The position numbers and the translations under genes are program-made. Source: Adineta vaga (taxonomy: Eukaryota > Animalia > Rotifera). Taken from it: a DNA stretch of 64,000 bases. Positions 1 to 12,846 of this stretch are shown one piece after another. How positions within the stretch are numbered: position 1 is the first letter of the stretch; every line of letters starts with the position of its first letter. Location: the NCBI GenBank assembly GCA_021613535.1, contig CP075497.1, positions 1,364,001 through 1,428,000 on the forward strand, given 5' to 3'. The notes beneath the pieces are model-generated. The model saw only the letters and a program-made list of their open reading frames with translations. It had not been told where the DNA came from and made no database searches.

Positions 1-846
1 CAATTATTGGAATTCTTAATGATAAATATTTTGATATTTCAGAATAAAAAATATTTTGTTCAAATAAATATTGTGAAAATAAATTTTGTGTAAGAAAATG
101 TTCTTCATTAGCAAATTTATATGTTTCAGTAACATAAATATCTCGTGTTAATGTTCGTGTTTGTTCACAATCATTACGAATATCTTCTAATTCATGTGAA
201 CGTTCATCATAATTTGTTAATTGATAACGATCAGATCGAGTTTGAAATTTTTTTAGATTTGAATCAGCTGTTTCCAAACGTTTTTGAGCTTTTTCATAAT
301 TTTCTTTCACTTCTGTCATTGTTTGACGAATAGTTGACTAAATTATAAAGATTTCAAAAAACTAAAAAGTAAAAAAAATCAAACAAACTTGTTTTTCTTT
401 TGCTTGATCAATAATTTTTTTAATTTGTTCAAGAGATTCTTTTCTTCTTAAATCAATAAAATCATGTATTTGTACTAAATCATCAATTGTACGATTAAGA
501 ATTGATGAAGCACCATTTGGACCATATGGAGAACGATAATTTTTCGCCACTTCACTTGAACGAAAATCTTTAAATGATTTCGATATTTCATTATCGAAAC
601 TTTTATTTAACTAAAATGAAATTCTATTTTCATTTTCTTATTTATTAAAACAATTCAACTTACAAAATCTTTATCTGTTTTATAAATATCAGATAAAACT
701 TTACAAGCATCTCGAATATATCGAACTCGATTATAACAATCTGGTACATCATCATTTCTAAATAAGAATTTTCAATGAAAGAAATTCTTTTGAAAAAATA
801 AAATCATTTACTTTGTTCCCGAGATAAATGGACGTAATTTATTCAT
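1..846 (-). CDS. 5' part of a multi-exon BAR-domain protein, ARHGAP17/44 (RICH)-like; runs off the window start
   Basis: Spliced exons read MNKLRPFISGTK / NDDVPDCYNRVRYIRDACKVLSDIY / ...EQTRTLTRDIYVTETYKFANEEHFLTQNLFSQYLFEQNIFYSEISKYL, resembling the third BAR helix of RICH RhoGAPs. The GAP domain is not in the window. Confidence 0.55.
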
Positions 847-1234
847 CTAAAATGAATTTATTTAAAAGTTTTTTCTCGAATGATCGTGATCAAATAAAAT
901 CGAAAGATTGATTTTTAATGATTATTTATTAAAAAAAGAATCTTTCTTCGAAATTCAAATCGATTTATTCCTTTTAATATATAATAATAATAATCATCAA
1001 ATCTTTTTAATTTATTTGATTAGAATCAATCAATCAATCATTTACAAAAACAAAATATTTATTTCATTTTATATTTTTTATATTTTCTTTTTTAGTTTAA
1101 GAAAAAAATTAAAAGAATAATTTCATTTTTAAATTCAAAATTTGATTTTCGCAAGATGTCGCTCATTTACAATGTAAAGAGAATGAATAGGATGAGATTA
1201 TTTTCTATTTTTATAATCAAATGAAACCTATTCA

Positions 1235-1623
1235 ATGAATTTGTTGAAAAACTTTCTGTTTTTTTCTTTTCTTATTTCATTTCTAATGAATAACATCGAA
1301 GAATATTCTTTACCTACGAATTCTATTTCAATAATTGATGAAAATAATTCTTATGAAAGATCATTTCAAGATTCTAATTGGACTATACAACGAGAAACAT
1401 CAATTACTATTGAGTATAAATTCAGATTTTTTTTCATAGGTTTTATTCATTTATTCTTCTTTTTTCCAGTAAGAGTATCAATAATTCATCAATATGTTTT
1501 TCAAAGAAAATTCAAATTTTATTTGGAATATTTCTACTTATTGTAATTATTTTATCTATATTATTACCAATAATAGTATGTGTTATATATCCTCGTTATA
1601 TTTCATCATCAAAATACAAGTAA
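1235..1623 (+). CDS. Small single-pass membrane protein of unknown function (2 exons)
   Basis: Hydrophobic N-terminus; intron ~1413-1469; exon 2 encodes TM segment ILFGIFLLIVIILSILLPIIVCVIY and ends at TAA 1621-1623. Confidence 0.5.
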
Positions 1624-3396
1624 ATGGGAAAAAAGTTTTCAACAATTTGGATTGGTGAATTGTTTTTATTTCCTAATGTGATCAGAACAAAGTTCTAATA
1701 CATAAAAGTTTGAAAAGTGCATTGTCTTAATTTAATATGCTACATTCAAAAAGATGTCGGAGAACAACAACACGTAGTTGTAAGGTTTTAAAATTAATTC
1801 TTCGAATAGCAATAGAATTTGTATGTTCTACCACCGTATAACATTAGTATGAAGGAATAATATAATCAATTCATTCATCTGTATCACAACATATATCAAA
1901 AACTTCTACATCGTATCTCTATAGGGTATGTACTGTGGTGCTTTCATTCAATACATCGAATCTTGAAAAATATTGTCTGTTATTATTGTATGACAGATGT
2001 TAGAATCAGAACCACCAGCAAACATGACCTAAGTATTCACTAAGTACGATGTAAAATGAAACACGCATTTTTTGAGAAGCGATCAACCACATTTAAATAA
2101 ATACAAGTAATAAAATCAGATGAAATCTTTTCAATGTTAACTTTTAAGATGTCTCAAACAATGGTCATTTCTATTTGTTAAAGCAATGAACAAAGTAATA
2201 ACTTTTTGTTGAATTTGTTGCAAAGAATCTATAGTATTGATAAAGTAATTTTGAACTGCGTCATTATAGTAATAAAGAGCATATCGAACATGAGATGTAC
2301 GGATAATATGAACATACGACATATAAAATATGGCTTTTGATATAAGATTTCAATATAAACATTAAAAGAGAAATACGAAAATATCGTAAGTGTTCTCCTA
2401 TAACTTGGATATCTGTTCGCGTGCATTTTCGAAGAACGTAATAAACAACTAAGTGGTTGTTTTCTTTCATTTCTTTAGAAGAACTGAGAACCATAAATCT
2501 GCTGGAAAAATACAAGAGAATGATTATATTTTATATGAAAACAGTATTCTATCTAAAACTTATTCGCATTCATTTTGATTGATTCTCAGACATTTCCTGT
2601 ATTTAGACTTAAGAATGCTAATTAAAAGATTAATAAACATTGAATTCCATTGTCTATTCTCTTCATCAATAAGTGATTTAAGTTTAAACGAAGCTACAGT
2701 ATATTGAGCATTGATAGAAAATATGAGAAAAGATTTTGATGTGATCAACGAATTATTCCTCACATATGTAAAAGAAAAAGATATTTATTGAGAGTGTGCT
2801 TTTATATTACGATATTCTAATCAAGGAATATTTTGTTGTTGATCGTATCATTTTGAAAGCTATAGATAGAAGATCTTTTACGTGACTGTATAATGTAAGA
2901 TGTCAAAAGTATACTGAAATTGCCAGAATTCGAGAAAACTTCTCTTCAGTCTCTCTAAAAGGATTTTGTATAATTCTCTTTTAAACACCGAAACAACATC
3001 CCTTTTCTGCATTAAACTTGGAAAATTTTTTGATTAAACTTATTTTTTGTAGAAGAGAGAAAAGTTTATCAATCAAATAGAGAATTGAATAACTCTTCAA
3101 TTTGCAAGAAAAAACTAAACCAACTTCTCATAGTTTTGGGATGTCATTCATTAGAATTACCAAAATTTAGCTGAAACTTAGATTATACATGATACAAGCA
3201 TTAATAAGTCTTTTACTTTGTTCGTAGCTGTGAATTTATTTATTTGATAGGCGTGCAACAATAATTCACCATTCCACACAATGTACTGAAATACATAGAT
3301 TTTAAGAATTGGAACAATCTATAGACTATTTAATAGAAATTATGTTCAATTTATTCTACGAGATCATCCTCGAAAGGTTCAACAAAAAATATGTAC

Positions 3397-3843
3397 TTAA
3401 AATATAACACAGTCAAACGATGTTAAGTCGTCAATAATTATATCAGCAAACAAGTTGTCATCAATACTGAATTGTTCCTCAAAGTAAGAGAATTCGTCTT
3501 GATTAAACTTGGTTAACTGAAGAATTAGATTTTGTTTATGTAATTCAAGTTGATTAATTAAATTTTCCACCGAAACTTCTTTTTCTTCCAATTGTTTGAC
3601 TTGTTCAAGTAGATCATTTAAAACCTTCTCCCTTCTTTCTTTCAATTTTTTTGCTGATAAACGATTTCTTTCACGTCTTAAATTTCGCTTCAATTGTTCT
3701 TCATCACTAACTTGTTCGAATTTGGAACGACGACCAGTTAATAATGTTGAAGCTTGACTTCGTCGATGACAAATTCGTATCGGACCATAATGTATAGCAT
3801 CAGTGGCTGCATAATGTTTCTTGTTTTTTGGTTTCGATGACAT
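3397..3843 (-). CDS. bZIP transcription factor (ATF3/Fos/BATF-like), intronless
   Basis: Basic region RRERNRLSAKKLKERR followed by a Leu heptad zipper; likely start MSSKPK at 3843. Confidence 0.85.
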   Translation of the reverse strand: MSSKPKNKKHYAATDAIHYGPIRICHRRSQASTLLTGRRSKFEQVSDEEQLKRNLRRERNRLSAKKLKERREKVLNDLLEQVKQLEEKEVSVENLINQLELHKQNLILQLTKFNQDEFSYFEEQFSIDDNLFADIIIDDLTSFDCVIF

Positions 3844-4317
3844 TTTATAATATTTAAGCGAAGTCAAAAAATGTTCTTTCTCCTTTGGATAGAATATCAC
3901 TCGATGGTTACGCTTCGATGAGAAATAAACCTACGCACAGTCCTTTACGTCAACAAAAAAGTATCCTATATCAAACTATTTTCTTCTTACCTTTTTTTTC
4001 ACTTACATTGATTTATATATAACATATGCTTTATTTACGTCGGTGTAAAAACAAATATCCCACATATTTTCACCTACAAATATTTATAATATCTTTGTGG
4101 AGGTAGTCGAAACCATGTAATTACTGTACATTGATTATTCATTATTAAATTTCGCTAATTCAGTTTTTCTCATTTTCTACTTTAATTTAGAGAAATAAAT
4201 CTATTCAATAAAAGAAAACAATTTTTTCTTCATCAAGATTCTCTTGTATGAAATAACTAAAAAATTGAAATTATTAAATTTTATAGAAATATAATCCAAT
4301 TGCTAAAATATCTTGTT

Positions 4318-5489
4318 TTATCGTTTAATAAGTAAAGGTGACATATGAAGAAGAAACGATGTTGATAATGGATTAAATTGATTCAGTTTGAAATGAATTT
4401 GAATCCATTGATCTAATAATTCTTTCCAATCATTTAAAATCTTTTCATTAATCTCTAAATGATTTTTTGTTTGATTTAATTTATTATTTTGTTCATTTTC
4501 TAAAACTTGACCCATTTCATTTACATGAAGATAAAGACCACGATTAGAAAGTGATGTAACTAGTTCATATGAAGAAAGTTTATTCATATTTTTGATTTGT
4601 TTATCATCCATTAATATTCGATATTGCCACATTTCTAATTGAGATTCTAAAGAATAACTTGATAATAAATAACGAGCAAGAAATGAAGAATGTAACACAG
4701 ATTGATGAAGTTTTAATAAATGTTCACGAGAAAATAATGATAATGGATAACATTGATGAAATAATGAAGAATATTCAGGTATTGATGAGAGAATGGTTTC
4801 ATATCGATTTTCACTTCTTTCAACCTTTTTATATTAAAAGAAAACAATAGTTTTATTTTTTTTTCAACAAAAATTTCAATATACTTCATTAATGAATTGT
4901 GTGATTGGTATCATTCCATAAATAGTTTGACTATTGAATTGATTTTGATTAAATTCAATAAATGAATCAATGATTTGACAAGAAACATTTGCATCTTCAT
5001 TTATAAATTTGATCTAAAGAAAAAAGCAAAAGAATTGTGATATGTTGAAAAGAAAGAAAATAAGTAAACCTTTTGTGTCGGCATGATTAATGTTGATGGA
5101 AGATATTTGGGCCCAAGAATTGCTAACAATGGTGCACTATAACCAAGAATTGGTATAGAAAACAATGTCACAAATGGAACACCGACACGAATATCATAAC
5201 CGAATTGTTTTAAAAATAATTGATCATTTCGTGTTAAATCATTTTCATTTCTATTTGAAATTGATAGATAGAAAAATCTATTTTATTATTGAAACAATTC
5301 GAATTACTTTTTTTTAATTTGTTGAATAAATCGAGAATTTCGATAGAGCAATTTTGATCCAAGCCAATAATGATTAAGAACATATCGAATACGAGATATT
5401 ATCGAGGGTTTTATTGATGATGATGATGAACTCAAACGAAGTGTTGAATATGTTAAATGACTAGTTTTTAATAGAAATAAACTATTCAT
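4318..5489 (-). CDS. LETM1-domain mitochondrial protein (LETMD1-like), copy 1
   Basis: Transit-peptide-like N-terminus; exons with HYWLGSKLL, VPFVTLFSIPILGY...PKYLPST and DDKQIK...LSSYELVTSLSNRGL, typical of the LETM1 domain. Confidence 0.75.
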
Positions 5490-5910
5490 CTTTTTTTGTT
5501 TTATCACTTAGAAAGATTTAAAAAGTAAATAAAAGAAAACTTTCATAACCACCTTCATTTTTTCTTGTCTTGTTCTCCTCGTATGCTGACTGGTGGAATG
5601 AATAAACCAAGGAAATGTAAACTATAGAATGACAGTTACTATTACTACTAGCGCTATCCCTCTCATTGTCTTTTTCCTTGTCGAATCTTTGGTGTTTTAC
5701 TATTATTTCAATGTCTTGATTGTCTGTATATCGTCAATGTAATGTGACGGTGACATAGTTAGTTTCCCTATTATTATTACTATGAATTAAACGAGTGAGG
5801 ATTTGTATATTTAGTAAAAGCATGAACACTCTAATTATGATATCATATTTTCTTTGTAAATGTACAATCTTGATTTATTCATAAACATAAATAAATTTTC
5901 CTTATATTAG

Positions 5911-6454
5911 CCTAGGTCGGTCATTTCGACTTCCGGAACTAGAAGGAAACGTTCGGAAAAAACAGATTTTTTTGCAAGATCCGACAAGTTCCGCAACTTT
6001 GTCACTCGTTCCATCAGGAAAAATATACGGAAATGGATTAGTTACTGAATCAATTAAAAATTATTGTGGGCAAATAAATCAATGAAAAATTAAAAAATTA
6101 AACGTATTCTTAAAGAGTTGGCGATCATAAAATCGTCAACGGGATTTGTAAGCTATTGCTCTTATTTTGGAAAAATTTTACTTTCAACAGCTGAAATGAA
6201 ATTATGGTGTCTTTTTTTATGAATGTGTATGTGTATAGTATACAAAAATATATGAGCATTGTAATAGAACTTTCTTCATTTCCTAGGTAAACTCAATTAA
6301 AATGAAGTTGTTAAGATGTTACAAGACGTAAGGAATCCACAGGAAAAAATTGCGACAGTTTCCTGCCGCAACACTGCTTTCATGTTCCAGCGATTTTCCC
6401 GCATCTTCCCAGCCAGATCCCGTTGGATCCGATGTCTGGAATCATCGTCATGGG
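5911..6454. mobile_element. Degenerate MITE-like element
   Basis: GC-richer ends cctaggtcggtcatttc and ggaatcatcgtcatggg are imperfect inverted repeats (~11/18); a similar end occurs at 28600-28671. Confidence 0.4.
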
Positions 6455-6718
6455 TGTTGGTTAATAATCATGTTTACCTGGTCTTTTATTATTTTCTGAT
6501 GGTGTTTTGGCATTTGGTTGTCGAACAAAATACTTAATCTTAATTGGTAAACCATTTCTACTATTCATACACATTTCTAAATTGTCATCAAAGTATATAT
6601 GATTGATAAAGATGAGATTATTTTGATGAATACACAAGAAACGAATGTATAGTTATAGGACATTAAATACTTAGATCATATATAGAAGAATTGTTAATAG
6701 TTCGTATTGTATTTCAGT

Positions 6719-7827
6719 CAGAGATGTCCGGCGCGGCAGCGTTCGATTTTTTCGGGATATTTTTACAAAACTTTTTTGAGTATATTTTGATATATAAAAT
6801 TTAAATTGTTTTTTTCTTCATTTACATCATATAGAATATTTTCTCGATCAATATCTTGAAACTGAAATATCATCAACTATGGTGAAAGAAAATCCACTCG
6901 AATTTTGGTCTGGTGAATTTGCTTCGAGATTCCCCCGTTTAAAAAATCTAACGAGGAGAATCTTGTTGATTCCAGCTACTACGTCAGGAACCGAACGATT
7001 ATTTAGTTACAGTGGTATTATCCTAAACAGTATAGAAGACAACGACGTTCGCCAGATCAAATAGATAATATGTTGGTTATTAGAAGTGCTCGACAAATAC
7101 TTTCAAATATAAAATAAGTTAAATTGAAAGAATATGCACTTTCTTTAAAAAATATCTTGTTGGTGATTTATTTGGAAGAAAAAAAACATAATAAACGTTT
7201 AAACTGATTTAAATCAACCTTCTTTTTGTTTGAATGATATTTCCATCTATATACGCATGAGAAACAGTAAATAAATTAGAGTTTATTAACATATAATAGA
7301 TAATAGTATCATAAAACTAGGTGTAATATTATATGCATATCTATAGTGTCTTGTTAATGTCTAATTATTGTTATTTCTGTTCTTTTCTAAATTGAAATGT
7401 TGGTATGGAAATGGAAATGACTTAAGCAATTGAACTATAATATTCCTTTCACAATATATGACAAAGTATATTACTGTATTTATCTCGATTACGTATTACA
7501 CACTTATGATTCAACCAAGACTTTGATATATTTATCAACATGATTCATATTATCTCATACAGATAATTTAACAATTGCCCACATTAAAGTGAACCTTGAC
7601 TGATTTCTATAAACTGTAAAAAGTTTATTTTGCATTCTATTAATCTTTCGAAGATTTAAAAAAATTTAAGGGATCTATTAGCATACGTTGTTCCTCCTTG
7701 CATTTGACAAATCAACTTTTACACTTTGCAACACGAGTTTCTGTACTTTGCCGCTCAGCACATATTTCAGACTATAGTTTGCATAATCGCGGCAGCGGTT
7801 CAACCTCGGCCGCAATGGAAATCTCTG
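6719..7827 (+). mobile_element. Non-autonomous hAT transposon carrying a C-terminal dimerisation-domain remnant
   Basis: TIRs cagagatgtccggcgcggc vs revcomp cagagatttccattgcggc (15/19); 8-bp TSD atttcagt/atttcaat; internal NPLEFW...FPRLKNLTRRILLIPATTSGTERLFS (hATC), frameshifted. Confidence 0.85.
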
Positions 7828-8139
7828 ATTTCAATAGAGATACGTATGAGGATACAAAAAAGTACACAAGTCGAAGAATTTGATCCCTCAATTTGGAAGA
7901 AAAATTCCAGATAATGATTAAATTCTACATCGAAAATATCAAGATCCTTCTAATATATATGATAGAAATCTAGTATTTCAATCAAAACTTATCCTGCTTC
8001 TTTCTATTGATGCTCAATTATTTTCTAGAATACCATATCATTAAGAGATTGTAGAAAATTTTGGTATAAATAGTACAAGCATCAATAAATCTGGTTCGAT
8101 AGTGGAGCAACAATGATTCATTATTTTATATACGGATAA

Positions 8140-8560
8140 GTATTGAAATACATAGATCTTACAAATAGAACGATTTATAGACTATATTAAATAGAAATTA
8201 TGATCAAATTTATTCTAATATATAACGCAAAAGAAAACATAATCAAACGATTTTATAGTTGTCCATTGTTAGATTGTTCTTCAAAAAAAGAATCAGAATT
8301 TTTCAATCGTTCTTTGTTACTAACTTAATCGAATTTTGAGCAACGACCACTAGTAAGTAATGTTGAAAGCTGCCTAAGTCGATGATAAAATCGTATTTTG
8401 GACTATAATGTATACGTATATAATCACTTGATAGATGATCTTTCATTTTTTTTATTTCGATAACATTTTGACTTACTTATACAAAATCAAATAATTTTTC
8501 TTCTTTAAATACCATACCAATCGATGGTTACACTTTACTGAAAAATAAATCTACGCATCA
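8140..8560 (-). pseudogene. Decayed copy of the bZIP gene
   Basis: Colinear similarity to 3285-3940 (e.g. gaaatacatagat, cgacca..taatgttgaa, tcgatggttac), with most of the basic/zipper region deleted and the frame broken. Confidence 0.7.
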
Positions 8561-8927
8561 TCGTTCATATCAATAGGTATTATTCTCTCTGAAACTAAGT
8601 TCTTCTTATCTTTTTTCCATGTACATTCATTCATTCGTATGAAACGTGTTTTTCATTTGTTCATATCAAAGCATATATTCCAAATATCTTTACCTATAGG
8701 TACCAAGTATTATACATCTGTGGAGGTGATCAAGAAAATGGAAAAAATTTATACAAGCTGTTCACTATTACAGATTGTTCATGTAACTTTTCTTCTTTTC
8801 TATATTATTTAAGGAAAAAATCATTCTTTTTTTCATCTAGATAACTCTCTTATTATCAATCTTTGACAATTCTTCTGATAGAAAAAAATTTCTTATAAAA
8901 CAAGAAAAAAATTCGATGAAAATAATT

Positions 8928-10099
8928 TTATTGTTTAACAAGTAAAGGTGAAATATGAAGAAGAAATTATGTTGATATTGGATTAAATTGTTTCAGTTTG
9001 AAATGAATTTGAATCCATTGATCTAATAATTCTTTCCAATCATTTAAAACCTTTTCATTAATCTCTAAATGATTTTTTGTTTGATTTAATTTATTATTTT
9101 GTTCATTTTCTAAAACTTGACCCATTTCATTTACATGGAGATAAAGACCACGATTAGAAAGTGATGTAACTAATTCGTATGAAGAAAGTTTATTCATATT
9201 TTTGATTTGTTTATCATCCATTAATATTCGATATTGCCACATTTCTAATTGAGATTCTAAAGAATAATTTGATAATAAATAACGAGCAAGAAATGAAGAA
9301 TGTAACACAGATTGATGAAGTTTTAATAAATGTTCACGAGAAAATAATGATAATGGATAACATTGATGAAATAATGAAGAATATTCAGGTATTGATGAGA
9401 GAATGGTTTCATATCGATTTTCACTTCTTTCAACCTTTTTATATTAAAAGAAAACAATAGTTTTATTTTTTTTTCAACAAAAATTTCAATATACTTCATT
9501 AATGAATTGTGTGATTGGTATCATTCCATAAATAGTTTGACTATTGAATTGATTTTGATTAAATTCAATAAATGAATCAATGATTTGACAAGAAACATTT
9601 GCATCTTCATTTATAAATTTGATCTAAAGAAAAAAGCAAAAGAATTGTGATATGTTAAAAAGAAAGAAAATAGGTAAACCTTTTGTGTTGGCATAATTAA
9701 TGTTGATGGAAGATATTTTGGTCCGAGAATTGCTAAAAGTGGTGCACTATAACCAAGAATTGGTATAGAAAATAATGTCACAAATGGAACACCGACACGA
9801 ATATCATAACCGAATTGTTTTAAAAATAATTGATCATTTCGTGTTAAATCATTTTCATCTCTATTCGAAATTGATAGATAGAAAAATCTATTTTATTATT
9901 GAAACAATTCGAAATACTTTTTTTTAATTTGTTGAATAAATCGAGAATTTCGATAGAGCAATTTTGATCCAAGCCAATAATGATTAAGAACATATCGAAT
10001 ACGAGATATTATCGAGGGTTTTATTGATGATGATGATGAACTCAAACGAAGTGTTGATTTTATCAAATAATTACATCTTAATAAATCTAAACTTTTCAT
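8928..10099 (-). CDS. LETM1-domain protein copy 2, with a premature stop 13 codons before the ancestral end
   Basis: Near-identical to 4318-5489 at offset 4610; reads FNPIST*FLLHISPLLVKQ* versus FNPLSTSFLLHMSPLLIKR*. Confidence 0.75.
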
Positions 10100-10330
10100 C
10101 GTTTTCTGCTTTACTCAATAGCCTTATATTTTACAAAATGTCTAGGACAAAATCGAAAATTTCAATGTAGCGATCCGTTCTTTATCATCATCAGTTGACT
10201 GGTTATTAGATATACCAATGAAGATTTAAAAGAATATTTTCATTCGTAAATTTTCTATATGATGAACATTAGAGAAAAAAATTTCGATTGTTAAAAAAAG
10301 AATTGGCGCAAGAACTGAAATGATTTGAAT

Positions 10331-10585
10331 ATGTTAATAAAACATCGAGAAATAATTCAAGGATTAATTATTGGTTCATGTCTTCTTATTCTTTGTTTAA
10401 TTCTTGTTTATTTATTCATTTATTATAAAAGAAAACAAAGAAAATTAATTTTAAATGAAAATAATTATGAAAATAAACGAAAAATTCTTGGAGAATTAAT
10501 GAGAAAAAGTTTTGAATTAGCTCAAACTGTTGAAAAAGTTGCAGACGAAAAAGAAAAACGACTTAGTCTCAAAGATGATTTGTAA
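10331..10585 (+). CDS. Small single-pass membrane protein of unknown function
   Basis: TM segment GLIIGSCLLILCLILVYLFIYY, then basic KRKQRK and a charged helix. Confidence 0.4.
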   Translation: MLIKHREIIQGLIIGSCLLILCLILVYLFIYYKRKQRKLILNENNYENKRKILGELMRKSFELAQTVEKVADEKEKRLSLKDDL

Positions 10586-12846
10586 TCTCAATATGATATT
10601 CACAAATCTATCAATCAGTGACGTAACCATCCAAGAAAATTTAACTCTTCCAAGATCAGCAAAGTTTGTTGCTAATATAAATTACAGTTACAATTCTATT
10701 CTGAAGAATCAGAAGAAAAATGTTGATAGAAATATGAAAATCATGTTTTGTTTTTCTTTAAAATAATTGATGAGAATATTCAATGATATCTGACTTTTTC
10801 TTTTTCTTATTGTGACTTTAAAAAGTAATTGTATTTAATATTTTGTTGTTTTATTTATATAAGGAAATAATGATGAGTGTCATTTGGATAAAGAATAACA
10901 AAATGAATGAGAAAGTGTTGAGTAAAGAGAGATAAGTGTCTATGATGGATAGATGTGTGTAGACATATGTTTTCTTTTAAAAAGAAAAGTTAAAATTAGA
11001 AAGAAATTCAATATTGATTTAAAAGATTTTCTAAATGGAACTTTTTATTTTTGTTTCTTGTTCAATTTATATGATTAATAATATGTTACTTGAAGTCAAA
11101 GTAAAATTATTGATGATAAATTAGAGAAAATGGCATGAAGAAATGTGTCGGCAACGGATATGTGTTTCTTTTTCCTTTTTATTATTTCTATGATTGGAAA
11201 AAAAGAGGAGAAAGAGAGAGTGACATATGGGAAAAGAACGATAAGAACAAAGATTTCATAGGGCAGATGATGATGATGATGATGATCGTTCGGAAGTTGA
11301 TCTACACTTTGCTTATTAACGACAGACGGCGTCCGACTAGAAACAATTCTCTATTTGACTAGTTGAAGATCATCAGAGATGAATAGATTGTTATCACGCT
11401 AATTGGAAAGAATAAAGTGCTCAATCGATTCTCATTGCTTTTGTTTATAGATACATCACACAAGAAAACACCTTTAGATCGTCAAGTGGGATTAACATTT
11501 GATAAGAATCTTTTTATTAGAAATAGAGAAGAAAAAAAAAGAAGAAGTTATTCTAAGATGAAAATACTTCTTTCAATCGATTGAATAGAGGTCAATAGGA
11601 AATCAAATATAACGAAAGATGAACGGAAAAGCCCGATCATGCGCTGACACTCTTTAGTTAATTTGTTCATGCGTCCACTTCTCGTCCGTAGTGGAATTCC
11701 ATTCTATTGGATTTCTTTCCGGAACTAACTGAGACATTCTCTATAGACTATATAGAAAAAAAGAGAGATCGGTTTATTGACTTTGGAGTAGATCAATGTC
11801 TGCATTGATGATCTTATTAAGAAAAAGAAAAAATCTTATTCATTTCAATGAATTTCTTTTTCTTAAAAAATTGAATTAACATCTAAATGTCAATTATGAT
11901 TTGTTCATTTATTCTTTTTTAGATAAAGAAACGAATCAATTTTTCTTAAACAAAAGAAAAATAAGTTTCCGGCATTTGTGAAAGTGTTGAAAGGTACTTA
12001 TCTCTTTCGAAAATGATTATGTAAAACAAGATAAGCAATTTAACAATGTTAAACTACCGGAAGAAAATGCACATTGCTTGTCTCATCAATCATTTTCTTT
12101 TTCTTTTCATTATAATTTTCTTTTTTTATTTTACTATTTTGAAAAAAAAAAGAATTTATTGATTTGATCATATTTCTGTTGATTTAAGAGAAAATGAAGA
12201 TTCTTCATCAATGACTTGATCATTAACTTAAGGCAATATTCCGTTCTCAATAGTATTTACCCTCTTCTTTCTTTTCATATAAACTATTTTTCTTTCCTTT
12301 TCTCTTTTCTCTTTTCTCTTAATAACGTCGAAATATCATTGGTAATCATCCAATGAGGAAAAGAATATTTTATTTGTTCTGTCTTTCTATCCGTTGGCGT
12401 TGTTAACAAGCTACTCGAACATGAATGTAAAACATCGTGTCTCGTTGCAGTGGCACACGACTTGTCAACCAATGAGATTTTTTTTTCTTTTTCTTATCGA
12501 CAAATAGTAGTTAGAAGAGAGAATAACGATCATGTTAGACAAACTAACAGACGAACGTGTTTTTTTTCTTTTCTCTCTTCTCTCTTTTCCGACTCTTTTT
12601 TTCTTCTTCTTCTAATGTCTATTCGTTTAACAATATATTAACATTGGTAACTAGGAAAGAGAAAAAAGAAAGACGACTATTACAACTACGACTGTTCGCA
12701 TTCTTGTCGAAACACTTGCAAAATCATGTTAAGATATTAAAACTTGTTTTCAGATTATTTCTTTCGTTCTTTTTTTTTATTTTGAAAAACCATTTTCTTT
12801 ATTTTTATTCAGATAAAAAAAACCAAAAGAAATAAATCTTATTTCA

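Noticed and set aside
1700-3250. Short ORFs and possible MULE-like peptide (KCVFHF)
   Set aside because: Too degraded, with no termini or continuous motif set.
10800-12835. Phe/Lys-rich short ORFs upstream of Irx (similar ones flank Hox4)
   Set aside because: These are compositional artefacts of AT-rich regulatory or UTR DNA.
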